Assembly: GCF_018350175.1 (NCBI RefSeq)
Contig: NC_058368.1
Coordinates: 122,328,001-122,392,000, forward strand
Reading direction: 5' to 3'
Source of the DNA: Felis catus
Lineage: Eukaryota
DNA length: 64,000 bases
Every line of letters begins with the position of its first letter. The stretch's first letter is position 1. The notes beneath the pieces were generated by a model. It saw only the letters and a program-made list of their open reading frames with translations, had not been told where the DNA came from and did no database searches. Of this stretch, positions 12,516 to 25,500 are shown piece by piece. The position numbers were made by a program, and so were the translations under genes.

Positions 12516-12923
12516 CCTCTCCTTTTTTTGTCCATAGTGCTGCATGCTATTTAAGATAATTTGGCCTTAGAATTAAAGCACCAAAATACTCTGTAATTTA
12601 CTAATGGTGTTACCTCGGAAAATCAACTTCTTCAAAACAGTTCTCTCATTGGTACATATATGTTACTCAGTTGGGAAGCTAAATGAGATTATGCCTCAGT
12701 GCTTAATATCATTCTTGGTATGTAGTAAGTCCTCAGAAGTAATTTCATCTACCCTACCAATGGTCAACCAGGGCTATGTCATACAGGAGAGGAGTTATTA
12801 TATTAAAAAGCACATCTGTTTTTACTCTTATAAAGATGGTTAGATTGCTTTCCAGAAAGGAAGCACAGGTTTACATTTTTATCACTATAAGTATGCAAGT
12901 TGAGAAAAACATTTTATTCTGGA

Positions 12924-13145
12924 GCAGGGCTTTACCAAATTTTTCTGTACTGGGCCAGACAGTAAATATTTTAGGCTTCTGTGGGCCATATGACTTCTGT
13001 CACAACTACTCAACGTTGCTATTTAAGCATGAAAGCAGCTACAGACAATTTGTAAACAAATGGGCAGGACTGTTTGCGATAAAGCTTTCTTCACAAAAGT
13101 TGAGGTGGGCTGGGTTTGGTCTGCAGGATTCACCTTGCCAGTCGG
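12924..13145 (+). mobile_element. MER58A-type hAT-Charlie DNA transposon
   Basis: caggg...aaatttttctgtactgggccagacagtaaatattttaggctt...cacaactactcaac...gaaagcagctacagacaat...taaacaaatgggc. Confidence 0.85.
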
Positions 13146-16119
13146 ACACAGACGGGTTTTACCCTGGGGATATACTCATAAGCATGTTGAGTAAATGAGG
13201 AACTTCGTCCAGGAGGAACTACCCTCAAGGCCCTTGTGGGTTCTACTCTTTCAAAACAAAATGGCTACTTTTCTAGAGCGCCCAGAGGAGTATAACTTCA
13301 ATTTCGCACATTACTTCCCACAAGATTAGCTACATCAGCTGCTTCTACACACTTTAATTGGTAATGATCTATGCGCAAGGCATACATACTCTAGTACTTG
13401 GTTGAGCTTGCAATTAGGAAAGTCAGCTTTTTTTCTTGAAGCAAAAATGATTTGGGTTCTTTTTTAAGCACAAAATAGATATTCAGAGTTAACTAAGGCA
13501 ATAAGCATAATCACTAAATATAGACACTGGGCTTTGACAGAAAAAAGGCCTTGGTTAGCAAAGAAAAGGCCTGAGTTCTACTTCCAGTGTTGGCTGCTAA
13601 CTAGCTGTGTGACTCTGGGGAAGTCATACCCCTGGGCCTCAGTGTTATAAATTTTTTAAAAGGGACTAAAAAATTGTTTCCTTGACTGCCTAGTATCATT
13701 TGGAAAAGTATAAAATGGCACATGAAGTTTATAAATCTCATATTTCATCATAGTTTACTGTTTATGTGTCATATCCCCAATTAGAATATGAGCTCCTTGG
13801 GGATAGGGGTGATGTCTTCAGCATTTTTAAATCCCCATTTTCTTGGTGTAGTACTTACATACTCAGTAACTATTTGCATAATGAATAACTAAATGGCCAG
13901 GCAGCTATGAGAGTTTGTGGACATCACCATGGTTAAGAGAAGAAATTAAAATGAGATTAATTATCATGAAGCAAATCAATACATTTTGACAAAATATTTG
14001 AAAAAGAGTAGAGTATTATTTATGCCAGGAATTTCATGGGGCCATCTTCTCATATATCCCTGAGATGTGAAAAGACTTTGTGTCTCAGGTGACTCACTCT
14101 GTATCCAGTCACCAGTCAACTTTCGTTCAGAGAGTACATATTAGGTAAAGATGACAGCCCCATTTTTAAACTAAAAATGACTGCTTTGTCCCAAAGCCAT
14201 GTACACAAATGGCATTTGCAGCCTTTGCAAAGAGAAGAAGATATCACTGTTGTGCTCTTTTCTGTTATGATTAAAAGTAATATTGTTCCTTTAAGAAGCC
14301 TAAAGTGAAATTGAGACAGATGGATGGATTCAACAAGTACCTGTAAAGCTTTTTGATCAGTACAACTGATGCTTTAAGGCAATATCATTTCGAGGAGCAA
14401 TAGCATTTAGGGGAAATATTTAGCTCTTTGTAGAGTGATACATTTCTTCTCCTTCGCTGGTTAAGTTGCCCATCCTTGAATGAAACTCTTAGAGCCCTAG
14501 AAAGCTTTGGGCCTCTCCCCTTGGCAAATACACAGGACAGAAGTTCCTGCTGCCATGGTATTTTATATCCATTTTGATGAACTGATCGACAGCTTGCAAA
14601 TGACTGTTTCCTCCCAAAAGATCTCTACAAAGGAAAAATTTCCAAGAGCATGATGGTTAAATAATGGATATACTTAAAGGACTGGACACTAATTTGTGTT
14701 AAATAAATGCTTTCTTGGCAATATTTCAGATTTTCACATCTTCAAGTGAGGACCCTGCATTAGCCCTTTTGTACCAGGGCCAGGTATGGCTGCACTGACC
14801 TTACTGCGGGAGGAGGAGAAGGTCAGAATCTTAACCTGATGACTGGAAGAGATGGCTGTTAATCAGAGTGACTGTTTCTCCCCTGAAAGTGTGGGAGAGG
14901 AACCATATTCCTTTTCATTACCTTCCTAGTGTGACACCAGCTATCCAGAGGAAAGAGGACTTGTGTAGAACCTTGCTTTCCTGACCAGCATAATTTTGCA
15001 TAATTCTGACTCTAGGTATCCAACTCTTTCTAAGTGTCCTCTGTCATAGGACATACTTGATGGTGCTGCTGTGGTGTATTTATACTTCAACGTCTCCAGG
15101 ACAGAGAACTAAGAAAACTTGGTCTCTCTCATCCCTCATTTATCTGAATTTACATGATTCTGATAACGGGATGCATTTTCTTTTTTTTTTTCTTTTTCTT
15201 TCTTTCTTATTACTTATTATTATTTTTTACCCAGACACATTTTAATTCCATAAAGAGCATAAAATCTGAACTGTAGAAAAAGTTTATATGTTATTATCCT
15301 TGGATGGGAGAAGAGCAAACAAAGGAAGTGAAATGACTGAAAAGATCTATAATTATTCTATTACAAACTATAATTCCTTTATTTAAGTAAAAATTTACTG
15401 AGTGACTCTAAGGAATAAAACATAAGACTCATTTATTGTGAGTTCATACTAGATCCTTGAGAGTGTCACACATAGGTACTTTTTAACACTCCTTGCTTGG
15501 CTACAAGGAAATGCCCTCTGATTTTATCTTGGGAAACTTCGGCACAGAATGGTTAAGTCAGCATAACAGTGGCAGACTCAGGTGCTTCCATTACCGTACT
15601 GAGAAATCACAAGCTTTGCTTCTCAAAAGTATAACAGTTTTCAAACACACAGGAAAGTTGAAGTCATTGAAGTAAATTGAAGTAAGCACCCGATATCCAC
15701 CCAGAAAACATCAATCTTATGCTATATGTGCTTTAATTTTTCCATCCTTCTATCTATTCATCAAACCATTTCATTTTTGATGCATTTTACAGTAAATTGC
15801 CAAGATGAGAACACTTCTTCCTAAAGACTCAGTATGCATAGCTTTAACTACACTTCAGTATTTGTTTACATTTTTTTCTTTTGATGTAAAATCTGTACAT
15901 CATAAAGTGCAAAAATCTTAACTATATACTTGCTGAGTTTTGACAAAAATCATACACCCTTATAACCTAAACTTCTGTCAAGATACAAAACACTGCCTTC
16001 ACCCCCAGAATATTTCCTTATTTCAGCCATTAGCTATTCTCACATCTCATTACCAGAGGTAACCACTATTTGGATTTTTTTCCACCTCAGAGTACTATTG
16101 TCTGGCCCAGAATTTCATT

Positions 16120-16787
16120 TATTATTTTTTTGTTTTTATCTATTTATTTTTGAGGGGGGTGGTACAAAGAGAGAGAAACCCAAGCAGGCTCTACTCTGTC
16201 AGCACAGAGCCCATTGTAAGGCTTGATCCCACAAACTGGAGATCATGACCTGAGCCAAAATTAAGACTCGGATGCTTAAGAAGATGTGGTAAAACTATAC
16301 AATGGAATATTACTCAGCAATCAAAAAGAATGAAATCTTGCCATTTGCAACAACATGGATGGAACTAGAGTGTATCATGCTAGGTGAATTTAGTCAGTCA
16401 GAGAAAGACAAATATCATGACTTCACTCATATGAGGAATTTAAGATACAAAACAGATGGACATAAGGGAAGGGAAGCAAAAATAATATAAAAACAGGGAG
16501 GGGGACAAAACATAAGAGACCCTTAAATACAGAGAACAAACTGAGGGTTGCTAGAGGGGCTTGGATGGGTTAAATGGGCAAGGGGCATTAAGAAGGACAC
16601 TTATTGGGATGAACACTGGGTGTTATATGTAGGGGATGAATCAATGATTCTACTCCTGAAATCATTATTGCTGTACATGCTAACTAACTTGGATGTAAAT
16701 TTAAAAAAATAAATTAAAAAAAATAAAATAAATACAAATTAAAAAAAAAGAGTCAGATGCTTAACCAACTGAGCCACCCAGACACCT
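16120..16787 (-). mobile_element. Can-SINE split by an L1 insertion
   Basis: SINE body 16120-16279, head resumes 16748-16787; TSD ccagaatttcatt 16107-16119 / 16788-16800. Confidence 0.9.
16280..16747 (+). mobile_element. 5'-truncated carnivore/felid L1 3' end
   Basis: ORF 16302-16490 MEYYSAIKKNEILPFATTWMELE; 3'UTR and A tail; TSD aagactcggatgcttaa 16263-16279 / aagagtcagatgcttaa 16748-16764. Confidence 0.93.
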
Positions 16788-17014
16788 CCAGAATTTCATT
16801 CAAATGTCATCATATAGTATGCACTCTTTTATATAAGCCTTATTTCACTCATGATATTGTTTCTGAGAATCAACCGTGCTGTTGTGTGTCCCCGTGGTTT
16901 CCTTTAACTGCGATGTAGTGTTCTTCTCATGAGCATATCAACCTTTGTTTATTCATTCTCTGATTGCCCTCAGGACTGCTTCCAGTTTTGGGCAATTAAG
17001 AACAAAGCTGCCAA

Positions 17015-17220
17015 GGGGCACCTGGGTGGCTCAGTTGGTTAAGTGTCAGACTCTTGGTTCTGACTCAGGTCATGATCCCAGGGTCATGGGATCGAGCCCC
17101 GCATCAGACTTTGTGCTGAGTGTGGAGCCCGCTTATGATATTCTCTTTTCTCTCTCTCTCTCGCCCTCCCCGCCTCTGGCCCTCTCCCTTGCTCACTCAC
17201 ACTCTCTCTCTCCCTCTAAA
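17015..17220 (+). mobile_element. Can-SINE
   Basis: ggggcacctgggtggctcagttggttaag...ggatcgagcccc; (CT)n. Confidence 0.93.
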
Positions 17221-18279
17221 ACAAAATTCCAAGACTTCTAGTACTAGTCTTTGGTACACTTCTGTTTTCCTTTCCTAGAGCGTATGGTTAGTTACAGAAG
17301 AGGCAGTGCAAATGTTTCCAAAGTCATTGTACCATTTACATTCTTACCAACGACAAATGAGAGGTGCATTTTCTCCAAAACTGCATCAACATTTGGTGTC
17401 AGTCATTTTAATTTCAGCCACTGCAGGAGGCCTGCAGTCACTTCATTGTGATTATATTCGTATTTTTCTGATGACAAATGATATTAAGCACTTTCTCATG
17501 GGTTTATTGGCCATTCACATATCTTTCTTTGTGAAGTGTCTGTTCAAGTCTTTTACCAATTTTAGGGAGAGTGTTTATCTTTTCATTATTGAGCTCCAAG
17601 AATTATTTATGGAGCCTAGATACCAGTCTTTTGCCAGATAGACATTTTGTGAGTATTTTCTTCCAGTTTGTGGCTTGCCTATTCATTTTTTAAATGCTGT
17701 CTTTTGACAGGCAGAACTTTTTAATATTGAAGAACTCCAATTTATCTTCTATTTCTTTCATGGTTATTCCTTTCTGTTATTTTTCTAAGAAATAGTTTAC
17801 TACTCTGAAGTCAAGAAGATATTCTACTATGTTTTACTCAAAAGTTTTATGCAATTTATACAAGGAACGAGCTTCATTATTTTTCTTATGAGTAAGCAGT
17901 TATTCTCACTTGCTTTGTTGAAAAGACTTTTCTTTCTCTGCTTGTTTTCTTTAATGTCTTTACTGGGGAAAAATACATATATGGATCTTTTTCTGCGTCT
18001 TTGTTCTGTTCTATTGATCTATGTGCCAGCCCTCCTATTAGCATCACAATGTCTTGATTACTGTGTATTTGTGATAAATCATGAACTCCAATAGTGTAAG
18101 TTTTCCAACATTGTTCTATTTCAAGACTGATTTGCATTATTTAGGTTCTTTGCTTTTCCATATAAATATCAGAATCAGTTTGTCAATTTTTTAAAAGACA
18201 TCTGCTGTAATTATGATTTGGGTATATTTATCTGTAGATCCATTTGGTGAGAATTAACATCTTAAAAATATGGAGTCTT

Positions 18280-18494
18280 GGGGCACCTGGAGGGCTCATT
18301 CAGTTAAGTGTCCGACTTCAGCTCAGATCATGATCTCGCAGTTTGTGAGTTCGAGCCCCGAGTCAGGCTTTGTGCTGACAGCTCAGAGCCTGGACTCTGT
18401 TTCAGATTCTGTGTCTCCCACTCTCTCTGTTCCTCCCCTGCTTGCACTCTGTCTCTCTTTCTCTCAAAAATAACGATTAAAAAAATTTTTTTTT
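18280..18494 (+). mobile_element. Can-SINE (SINEC_Fc-type)
   Basis: Full-length; TSD aaatatggagtctt / aaatatggaatctt. Confidence 0.95.
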
Positions 18495-18694
18495 AAATAT
18501 GGAATCTTTCTATTCATGAATATTTAAGCCTTCCTTAATTTCTTCAACAGCATTCTATTGTTTATAGTATAGATGTCACTTGTTAAATTTATTCCTAAGG
18601 GTTATATCTATACCTATGTCTATAACTATCAATCGCTATGTCTATGTCTACATCTATATCTATATATTTGATGTTACTATAAACAAAAATTGCC

Positions 18695-18792
18695 TTTTTT
18701 TTTAGAGTAAGCTCTAGGCCCAATATGGGGCTCGAATTCATGACCCTGAGATCAAGGGTCATGATCCACTGACAGAGCCAGCCAGATGCCCC
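18695..18792 (-). mobile_element. Short Can-SINE
   Basis: ggggctcgaattcatgaccctgagatc...gagccagccagatgcccc; flanks aacaaaaattgcc / aacagaattgct. Confidence 0.85.
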
Positions 18793-19249
18793 AACAGAAT
18801 TGCTTTTTAAAATTATTTCTAATATTTTCCACTAGTGTATAAACATACAATTACTTACATACTTATTGTTTCTTGTAGTTGTTTTTAATTTTCCTTAGAA
18901 ATTTCAATATAAAAAGTAACTTCAATTCTAAAGAGAGTATTAATTTTTCCTTCCCAATTATTATATCTTTTATATCTTTTCCTTAAAATATTTTAACAGC
19001 CAGGACCTGTGGCAAAATGTTAAATAGATGTGGTAGTATTTAGAAATGGGCATCTTTCCATCCTTCTTGATCAAACATTGACTGAGATTTAATACTGATT
19101 CAATATTTCAGCAAAGAATAAGGTTAGCTGTAGATTTTTTATAAATGCCCTTTTCAAGAATGAGGAATTTTCCTACTATTGTTAATTTTTTAGTGTTTAT
19201 TGTGAATGGATTTTTAATATGGTCAAAGGCTTTTCTTCACATATTCGAA

Positions 19250-19440
19250 AGCATCACATGTCTAGAAGTGGGAGGACACCATTTCTCCCAAATTCTATCG
19301 ATCAAGGTAAGTCACAAAGCAGTAAAGCCTAGATTCAAAGGTAAGGGAAACAGGCTCTCCCTCTTGATGGATGGATTAACAGACACAGACATGGATGGAA
19401 GGAAGTGATGGCAGCCATTTTTTGAGACTGTCTACCGTGG
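19250..19440 (-). mobile_element. MLT1 LTR fragment
   Basis: attctatcgatcaaggtaagtcacaaag...agattcaaagg...ctcttgatgg...tggcagccatttt. Confidence 0.6.
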
Positions 19441-20750
19441 TTAGTATTATATGGTACAACTAGGATTCTAACCTGAGTCAGTCAGATCCCTAGAGACAGA
19501 GTCCTTCTTTGAAGCACAACTGAGGGAAAACTGGAGCTCTTTACATGGATTAACATCATTAATAACTCTCCTCAGCTTGCTGTCATCAGAAGGCCTTGGT
19601 CTCCCGCGGTCACTACCACCAAGCTTTGGTTTTCCTCAAGTCACTGCACATCCCAGACAATAAGGAAGACTTTGGGGGTAAATTTGAGCTTTTGAATCAA
19701 GCTGCTCAATTCAATTGCAATCCTACAGATTAAGCCCTCGTTCCAATATTGTCTCCACTTGAGATACAAAGACTAAAACATGCTGATCTTATTTATTATT
19801 GACTTGGCTACTTGTATTAGACTCTCATCTCTCTAGAATCTATGCTTCTTCAGGGCAAAAAAAAATTTTTTTTAAGAACAGTTTTTTTAACCACATTTCA
19901 TGACTATTATTTCTAAACATAGAATAATGTTGGGCTCATGGTAGGTGCTCATTAAACCTTTGTGAAACAATTGATTCAATTAAAAAAAAGTCTCATTTCC
20001 TTGCTTAAAAACTCTGACTCTTTATTGCTTTTCATATGATCTGTGAGACTTCCCATGATCTCACTCTTGCTTATTTCTACAGCTTCACCTGGCTCAAATT
20101 CTCCTTTAACTATTAAACTTACCCTTCCTTAGCCATCTACTATGCACCAAGAGGGTTCAATACTTTAGGTGATGTAATCTTTGGAAGGATATTTAAGGTA
20201 GATGGTATTATTCTCATTTTGCAGGAGAAGAGCTTAAAATTTAAGGAAGCAAAGTCACTTGTCCAACTAAGTGACAGAATCATGATTCAAATCCACGTCC
20301 ATTATCACCATGCCACAGCACCTCCCCTCCAAACATATTCAGCTATGTACATTGCCCTAGCAGTCCATGCTTCCTCAGACTTTAGCACAAAACCATCCCC
20401 TTTTTCCCAAAACACTTTATCTAACTTTATCTGACTTACTTCTACTCCTCATCTGAGAGTCAGTTCAAATACCAGGTCCTCCAGAAGACTTGCCTGTGTT
20501 TCCCCTTTGATAGGCTGGGTCATGGCCTCTCTCGTGTCCTCCCAACATACTCTGTGTATTCCCTGTGATTGCATTTTCCATACTGTGCTGAAATGATCAC
20601 TGTCTTAAATGCTTCTTCCCCTGTTGCTTCCTTGAGAGTGGAAACCCGATTTATTTACCCCTCCTCCAGCAACTTTCCAGAGCTGTGCTGTCTAATGTGG
20701 TAGCCACTAGCCATATGTATCTATGGATCATTTGAAATGTGGCCACTTAA

Positions 20751-21396
20751 GAAACGGGAACCCTCTTGCACTGTTGGTGGGAATGCAAACTGGTGCAGCC
20801 ATTCTGGAAAACAGTGTGGAGGTTCCTCAAAAACTTAAAAATAGTTCTACCCTATGGCCCAGCAATAGCACTGCTAGGAATTTACCCAAGGGATACAGGA
20901 GTGCTGATGCATAGGGGCACTTGGACCCCAATGTTTATAGTAGCACTTTCAACAACAGCCAAATTATGGAAAGAGCCTATGCCCATAAACTGATGAATGG
21001 ATAAAGAAGATGTGGTTTATATATACGATGGAATACTACTTGGCAATGAGAAAGAATGAAATCTGGCCATTTTTAGCAATGTGGATAGAACTGGAGAGTA
21101 TTATGCTAAGTGAAATAAGTCAGGCAGAGAAAGACAGATACCATATGTTTTCACTCTTATGTGGATCCTGAGAAACTTAACAGAAGACCAGGGGAGAGGG
21201 GGAGGGGGAAAAAAATTACAGAGAGGGAAGGAGGCAAACCATAAGAGACTCTCAAATACAGAGAACAAACTGAGGATTGATGGGGGTTGGGGGAGAGGGG
21301 AAAGTGGGTGATGGGCATTGAGGAGGGCACCTGTTGGGATGAGTACTGGGTGCTGTATGGAAACTAATTTGACAATAAATTACATATAAAAAAATA
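20751..21396 (+). mobile_element. 5'-truncated felid L1
   Basis: ORF 20766-20993 [21 protein letters not shown]; perfect 16-bp TSD aaatgtggccacttaa 20735-20750 / 21397-21412. Confidence 0.95.
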
Positions 21397-21619
21397 AAAT
21401 GTGGCCACTTAAAATTGAGATGGGCTGTAAAATATATATTGGATTTTAAAAACTTAGATGAATAATAAAAATATGAAATATGCTGCTGATAGTTTTTATA
21501 TGGGATGCATATCAGAATGGTACTATTTTGGGTCTGTTGGTACAAATAAGATATACTGTTAAAATTATTTGTGTCTGCGTCTTACTTTTTTAGTGTGGCT
21601 ACTAAATGTATATTTCTTT

Positions 21620-21833
21620 TTTTTTAATTTTTTTTAATGTTTATTTATCTGTGAGAGAGAGACAGAGTGCAAGCTGGTGATGGGTAGAGAGAAAGGGAGA
21701 CACAGAATCTGAAATGGGCTCCAGGCTCTGAGCTGTCAGCACAGAGCCCGAGTGGGGATTGAACTCATGAATGGCAAGGTCATGACCTGAGCCGAAGTCA
21801 GAAGCTTAACCGACTGAGTCACCCAGGCGCCCC
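21620..21833 (-). mobile_element. Can-SINE (SINEC_Fc-type)
   Basis: TSD taaatgtatatttcttt 21603-21619 / 21834-21850. Confidence 0.95.
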
Positions 21834-23149
21834 TAAATGTATATTTCTTTCGGGCAGTAGTGTTCTAGCATTCTATCGGACAGAGAGTTCTGAGTAAGCC
21901 TTTGCTAATAATGAAATGATTTGAAGGTATGTACAAAATTATCTTAATAGCATTTACTTATTTACTTACTTATTTATTCAGTTTTCTCTATTAACTTTGG
22001 AAAGGCCCCTTCTGGAGAAGATGGAGATTTTAGGGTATGAGTTTCTGTGTGTACTTTTACTGTAGTTTGGAATATTGATGGGCAGCAGCTGGTTGGATCA
22101 ATGGGTAGATACCTTACTAGCTGTATTGTTGTAGACGAGGTACTAACTAACCTGTCTGTGTCTCATTTTCTCCAGTATACAGTGAGGATGATAATAAAAT
22201 CCACCTGTAGGAATATAAGAAAGGAGGCAATGAGTTAACTTCCCGAGTCATGTCACAGATCAGTCTCTACCTGGCATGGAACGAAGGCTCAGCACACGTT
22301 AGCTTCATTACTCACGCCGTAGTTGTGTGACTCCTGGTGGTGAGACACAGAGGGAACGCCTCACTCCGTGCTCTGCCACATTTTGTGGAAGCCCAGAGGA
22401 GAGAATTGCTGTCTCTGTGTCCTTGACAGGAAGAGGCTCCTCAGTGTTAAGCTGTGGCGACGTGGCAAGGTCCTAGGAGGCCAGGCCATCCTGCGGCTGA
22501 GTAACAATCTGGTGACTCTTCCTGTCAGCTCTGGGGCCTTCACACAGAGACAGTTTCCCTTCCTCAGGGCACTGGGAGCTGAGCATCTGGAGAACAGCAA
22601 ATTTAATTAACTTTAAGCAAGGGGAGCACAGCGGAAGAAATAACGGTCATAAGTTCCAAACTTCCTAATTAAAATGCAGAAGGCACTGTGGGTCACACAT
22701 ACACAGCAACCTTATTCATGGACTAGGCCTTCTATTTGAGTTTCCACGGTGTGTCTATGCAAAACTGATCCTCGACCCAAAAAAGAAGACAAAGGGAAGA
22801 GAGCTAGATTGGGTTCTGTTGGCATTTAGGGCATCTTCAAACCCACGAGGGAACTCCTTCCTTCTTTCATCGCATGTAATGTGGGCTGGGCTTCAAATTA
22901 AATGCCTTTCTATTCAGATCTATAAGGAGCTTTTCAAAGATCAAATATGTTTGTGGACGTGGTTGTTCCAGGGGACTGATGGGATTGTAATGATTTTTCT
23001 GGCACTCATTGCTAACTGAGACTCTTGCAAGCGGTCAAAGAGTAGCGGAGTTGGATATTTTTAGCCTTTCTGACTTCCTAGAGATGCTTGGGCTCTAAAT
23101 GTAACTCTGGTACAGAAAAGATCCAGCCAACACAGGCAGAAGAGCTGTG

Positions 23150-23390
23150 ACAGGCCTAGAAGAATGTGGGTTTCAAAGTCAGGCAGACGTGGTTTGGAAT
23201 GCCAGCCCTACCCCTTACCAGCTGTGTAAACACGGAAACCGCTTCTCTCTGAGCCTCAGTTTTTTTTACCTGCGAAACGGATATGTGAATGACCTCATGG
23301 AGCCCAGGTGAAGGCTAAGTGAGATCACATCTGTAACACTTCCAGCACATGCTTGGCACACAGTAGGAACTCAAACGTGATAGATACTGT
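23150..23390 (+). mobile_element. MIR
   Basis: aagtcaggcagac...cttaccagctgtgt...ctctctgagcctcagtttt...aagtgagatcac...gcttggcacacagtaggaactcaa. Confidence 0.8.
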
Positions 23391-24455
23391 TTTTTATTTG
23401 CTGCTCACAATAACAACAATAAAGACAGCATGCTCCTATACAGTCCAGACCCTATAAAGAATCACAGAAAGCCTGGAATGTTTAAAGCTCTGCCAAACTA
23501 AGTGCGAAGGCCTCATTAGGAGTACTGAGGTGAGTTCTTTTATTTATTCTGTTATTCAACTAAAAAAAATTAAAACCCTGCATTTATACATTTATCAAGC
23601 CTCTTTTGAACGCAGAAAACTGTACCAGCCTCTAGACAAAGGGAAGAGAGATATTACCAGGACTTTCCTTATGGAACTTAAAACCCTCTTGCTCAGCGAA
23701 TGATGTGTTCCTAATATTTTTTTATATATTCTGAACTATCAAAACTTTTATAGTTGAGACATAAATTCTCGAGCTATTTGTTTAATTTTGAAATGCACAA
23801 AATGATGTGTAAAAAAAAAAAGAATCCCAGCCCTCACTCTTTAAAAATGTCATGTTATATAACTAATAAGGAAAACAGATGAGAGGATTCTCACATGCCA
23901 TTTACTTCTATTCACAGTGGAAACAAATTCAGTCTGAGTGAGCCTAAACACAAATACACAAGTGCTTCAGCCAAGAGGAATTTTAACTGCTGAAAAAGGG
24001 GAGAAACGTGATGTATTTTAGGAGTTTACAGCTACCTAAACAATGGCATTTGCTGGGCTTTGATGGATTTTACTTTCCTCCTTTCTAAGGTTATATCTAC
24101 ATATGCACAGAGGGATTTAGGACAGGTATGACCCAATAATTTGATCTGCTGTTCCCAATCAATTTTTTTCATAATTATGACGATAATAATGACACCCAGA
24201 GCGGTTAAAGCATGAGTATTCCTATTATCCAAGCACTGTCTGTACATTTTCTTTTTGAATTTCCACAACAAACTTAGTGGTTAAAAAACTGTCAAAAACA
24301 CATGCCTAGGAAGTGATGGAGGCAGGGTATGATGGGATTTTATCCTGTTGCATAAGGTGCATGTGCTTAGCTTCTTAAAAATGTCTATGTGACTTTCAAA
24401 AAGGCAAATAAAAAACAGAACTATTTTTTTAGATTCCTCAATATGTAAAGGCTTA

Positions 24456-24577
24456 GGGCACCTGGGTGGCTCAGTCAGTTGAAAGTTGGGCTCTTGTTTT
24501 CGGCTCAGGTCATGATCCCAGGGTCATGGGACCAAGCCCCACGTCAGGCTCCATGCTGGATGTGGAGCCTGCTTAAG

Positions 24578-24627
<50 letters not shown>

Positions 24628-24698
24628 TGCCCCTCTACCATGCTCATGTACTCTCTCTCTCAAAAAATAAAATAAAATAAAATAAAAATAAATAAATA
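24456..24698 (+). mobile_element. Can-SINE with long (CT)n
   Basis: TSD aatatgtaaaggctta 24440-24455 / aatatgtacagtctta 24699-24714. Confidence 0.95.
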
Positions 24699-24874
24699 AA
24701 TATGTACAGTCTTAATAAATGTTAGTTATGATGATGATTGCCTTATACTTTGGAGTCAGCAATGTGTCTCCTAGAATTATAAATTTGGTTCAGAAATTGG
24801 ATTTTAGCAAATGCTCAATGTGATATTGATCGTTTTTACTGTCATTGTTTTTGGTGTTATTCTAAGACAGAACT

Positions 24875-25086
24875 GGGGGCGCCTGGGTGGCTCAGTCGGT
24901 TAAGCGTCCGACTTCGGCTCAGGTCATGATCTCACAGCGTGTGACTTCGAGCCCTGCATTGGGCTCTGTGCTGACAGCTCAGAGCCTGGAGCCTGCTTCA
25001 CATTCTGTGTCTCCCTCTCTCTCTGCCCCTTCCCTGCTCATGCTCTGTCTCTGTCTCAAAAATAGATAAACATTAAAAAAAAATTT
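24875..25086 (+). mobile_element. Can-SINE (SINEC_Fc-type)
   Basis: TSD taagacagaact 24863-24874 / 25087-25098. Confidence 0.96.
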
Positions 25087-25249
25087 TAAGACAGAACTAG
25101 TGATTATATTATTATTACTATTATTATTATTAAATGTATATGATTATGCCCAATATTGGGGATGATACCAGATACATAGAATTCAATATTTGGTATCAGA
25201 TGGATTGAAAATGTGCATGTGATATGGATGGTATTGGGTGAGTAGTAAC

Positions 25250-25500
25250 GCTAGCAGCCAAGGTTTATTTAGCATCTACCTTTGCAAACATAATCCTAAC
25301 AATTCTAAAATGTCTTTACATTATCTTACTGATGCATTAAATAACCCTCAAAAGGGTATTACTATGCCCATTTTACGGATAAAGAAACTGAAGCTCAGAG
25401 AAGTGAAGTAATTCGCTTATGGTCCACCATGATATGTGGGCAAATTGTAATTTGAAGCCACTTCCACTTACCTACAAAACACACACTGCTAACCTACAGT
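25250..25500 (-). mobile_element. MIR
   Basis: tattactatgcccattttacggataaagaaactgaagctcagagaagtgaagtaa. Confidence 0.8.

Larger units (their letters stand above)
15850..19240 (-). mobile_element. Ancient L1M (3' end and ORF2 remnants) interrupted by four SINEs and a young L1
   Basis: Antisense L1 motifs (tttctgatgacaaatgatattaagcacttt, gtgaagtgtctgttcaagtc, tctattgatctatgtg, aatgaggaattttcctact); ORF 17886-18137 (-) contains ORF2-like HRSIEQNK...DPY. Confidence 0.8.
20683..21862 (-). mobile_element. MER33-type hAT-Charlie DNA transposon interrupted by an L1 and a SINE
   Basis: ctgtgctgtctaatgtggtagccactagcca...tgaaatgtggc | aattgagatgggctgtaa...tactttttt.gtgtggctacta match MER33 in order. 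Confidence 0.8.
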
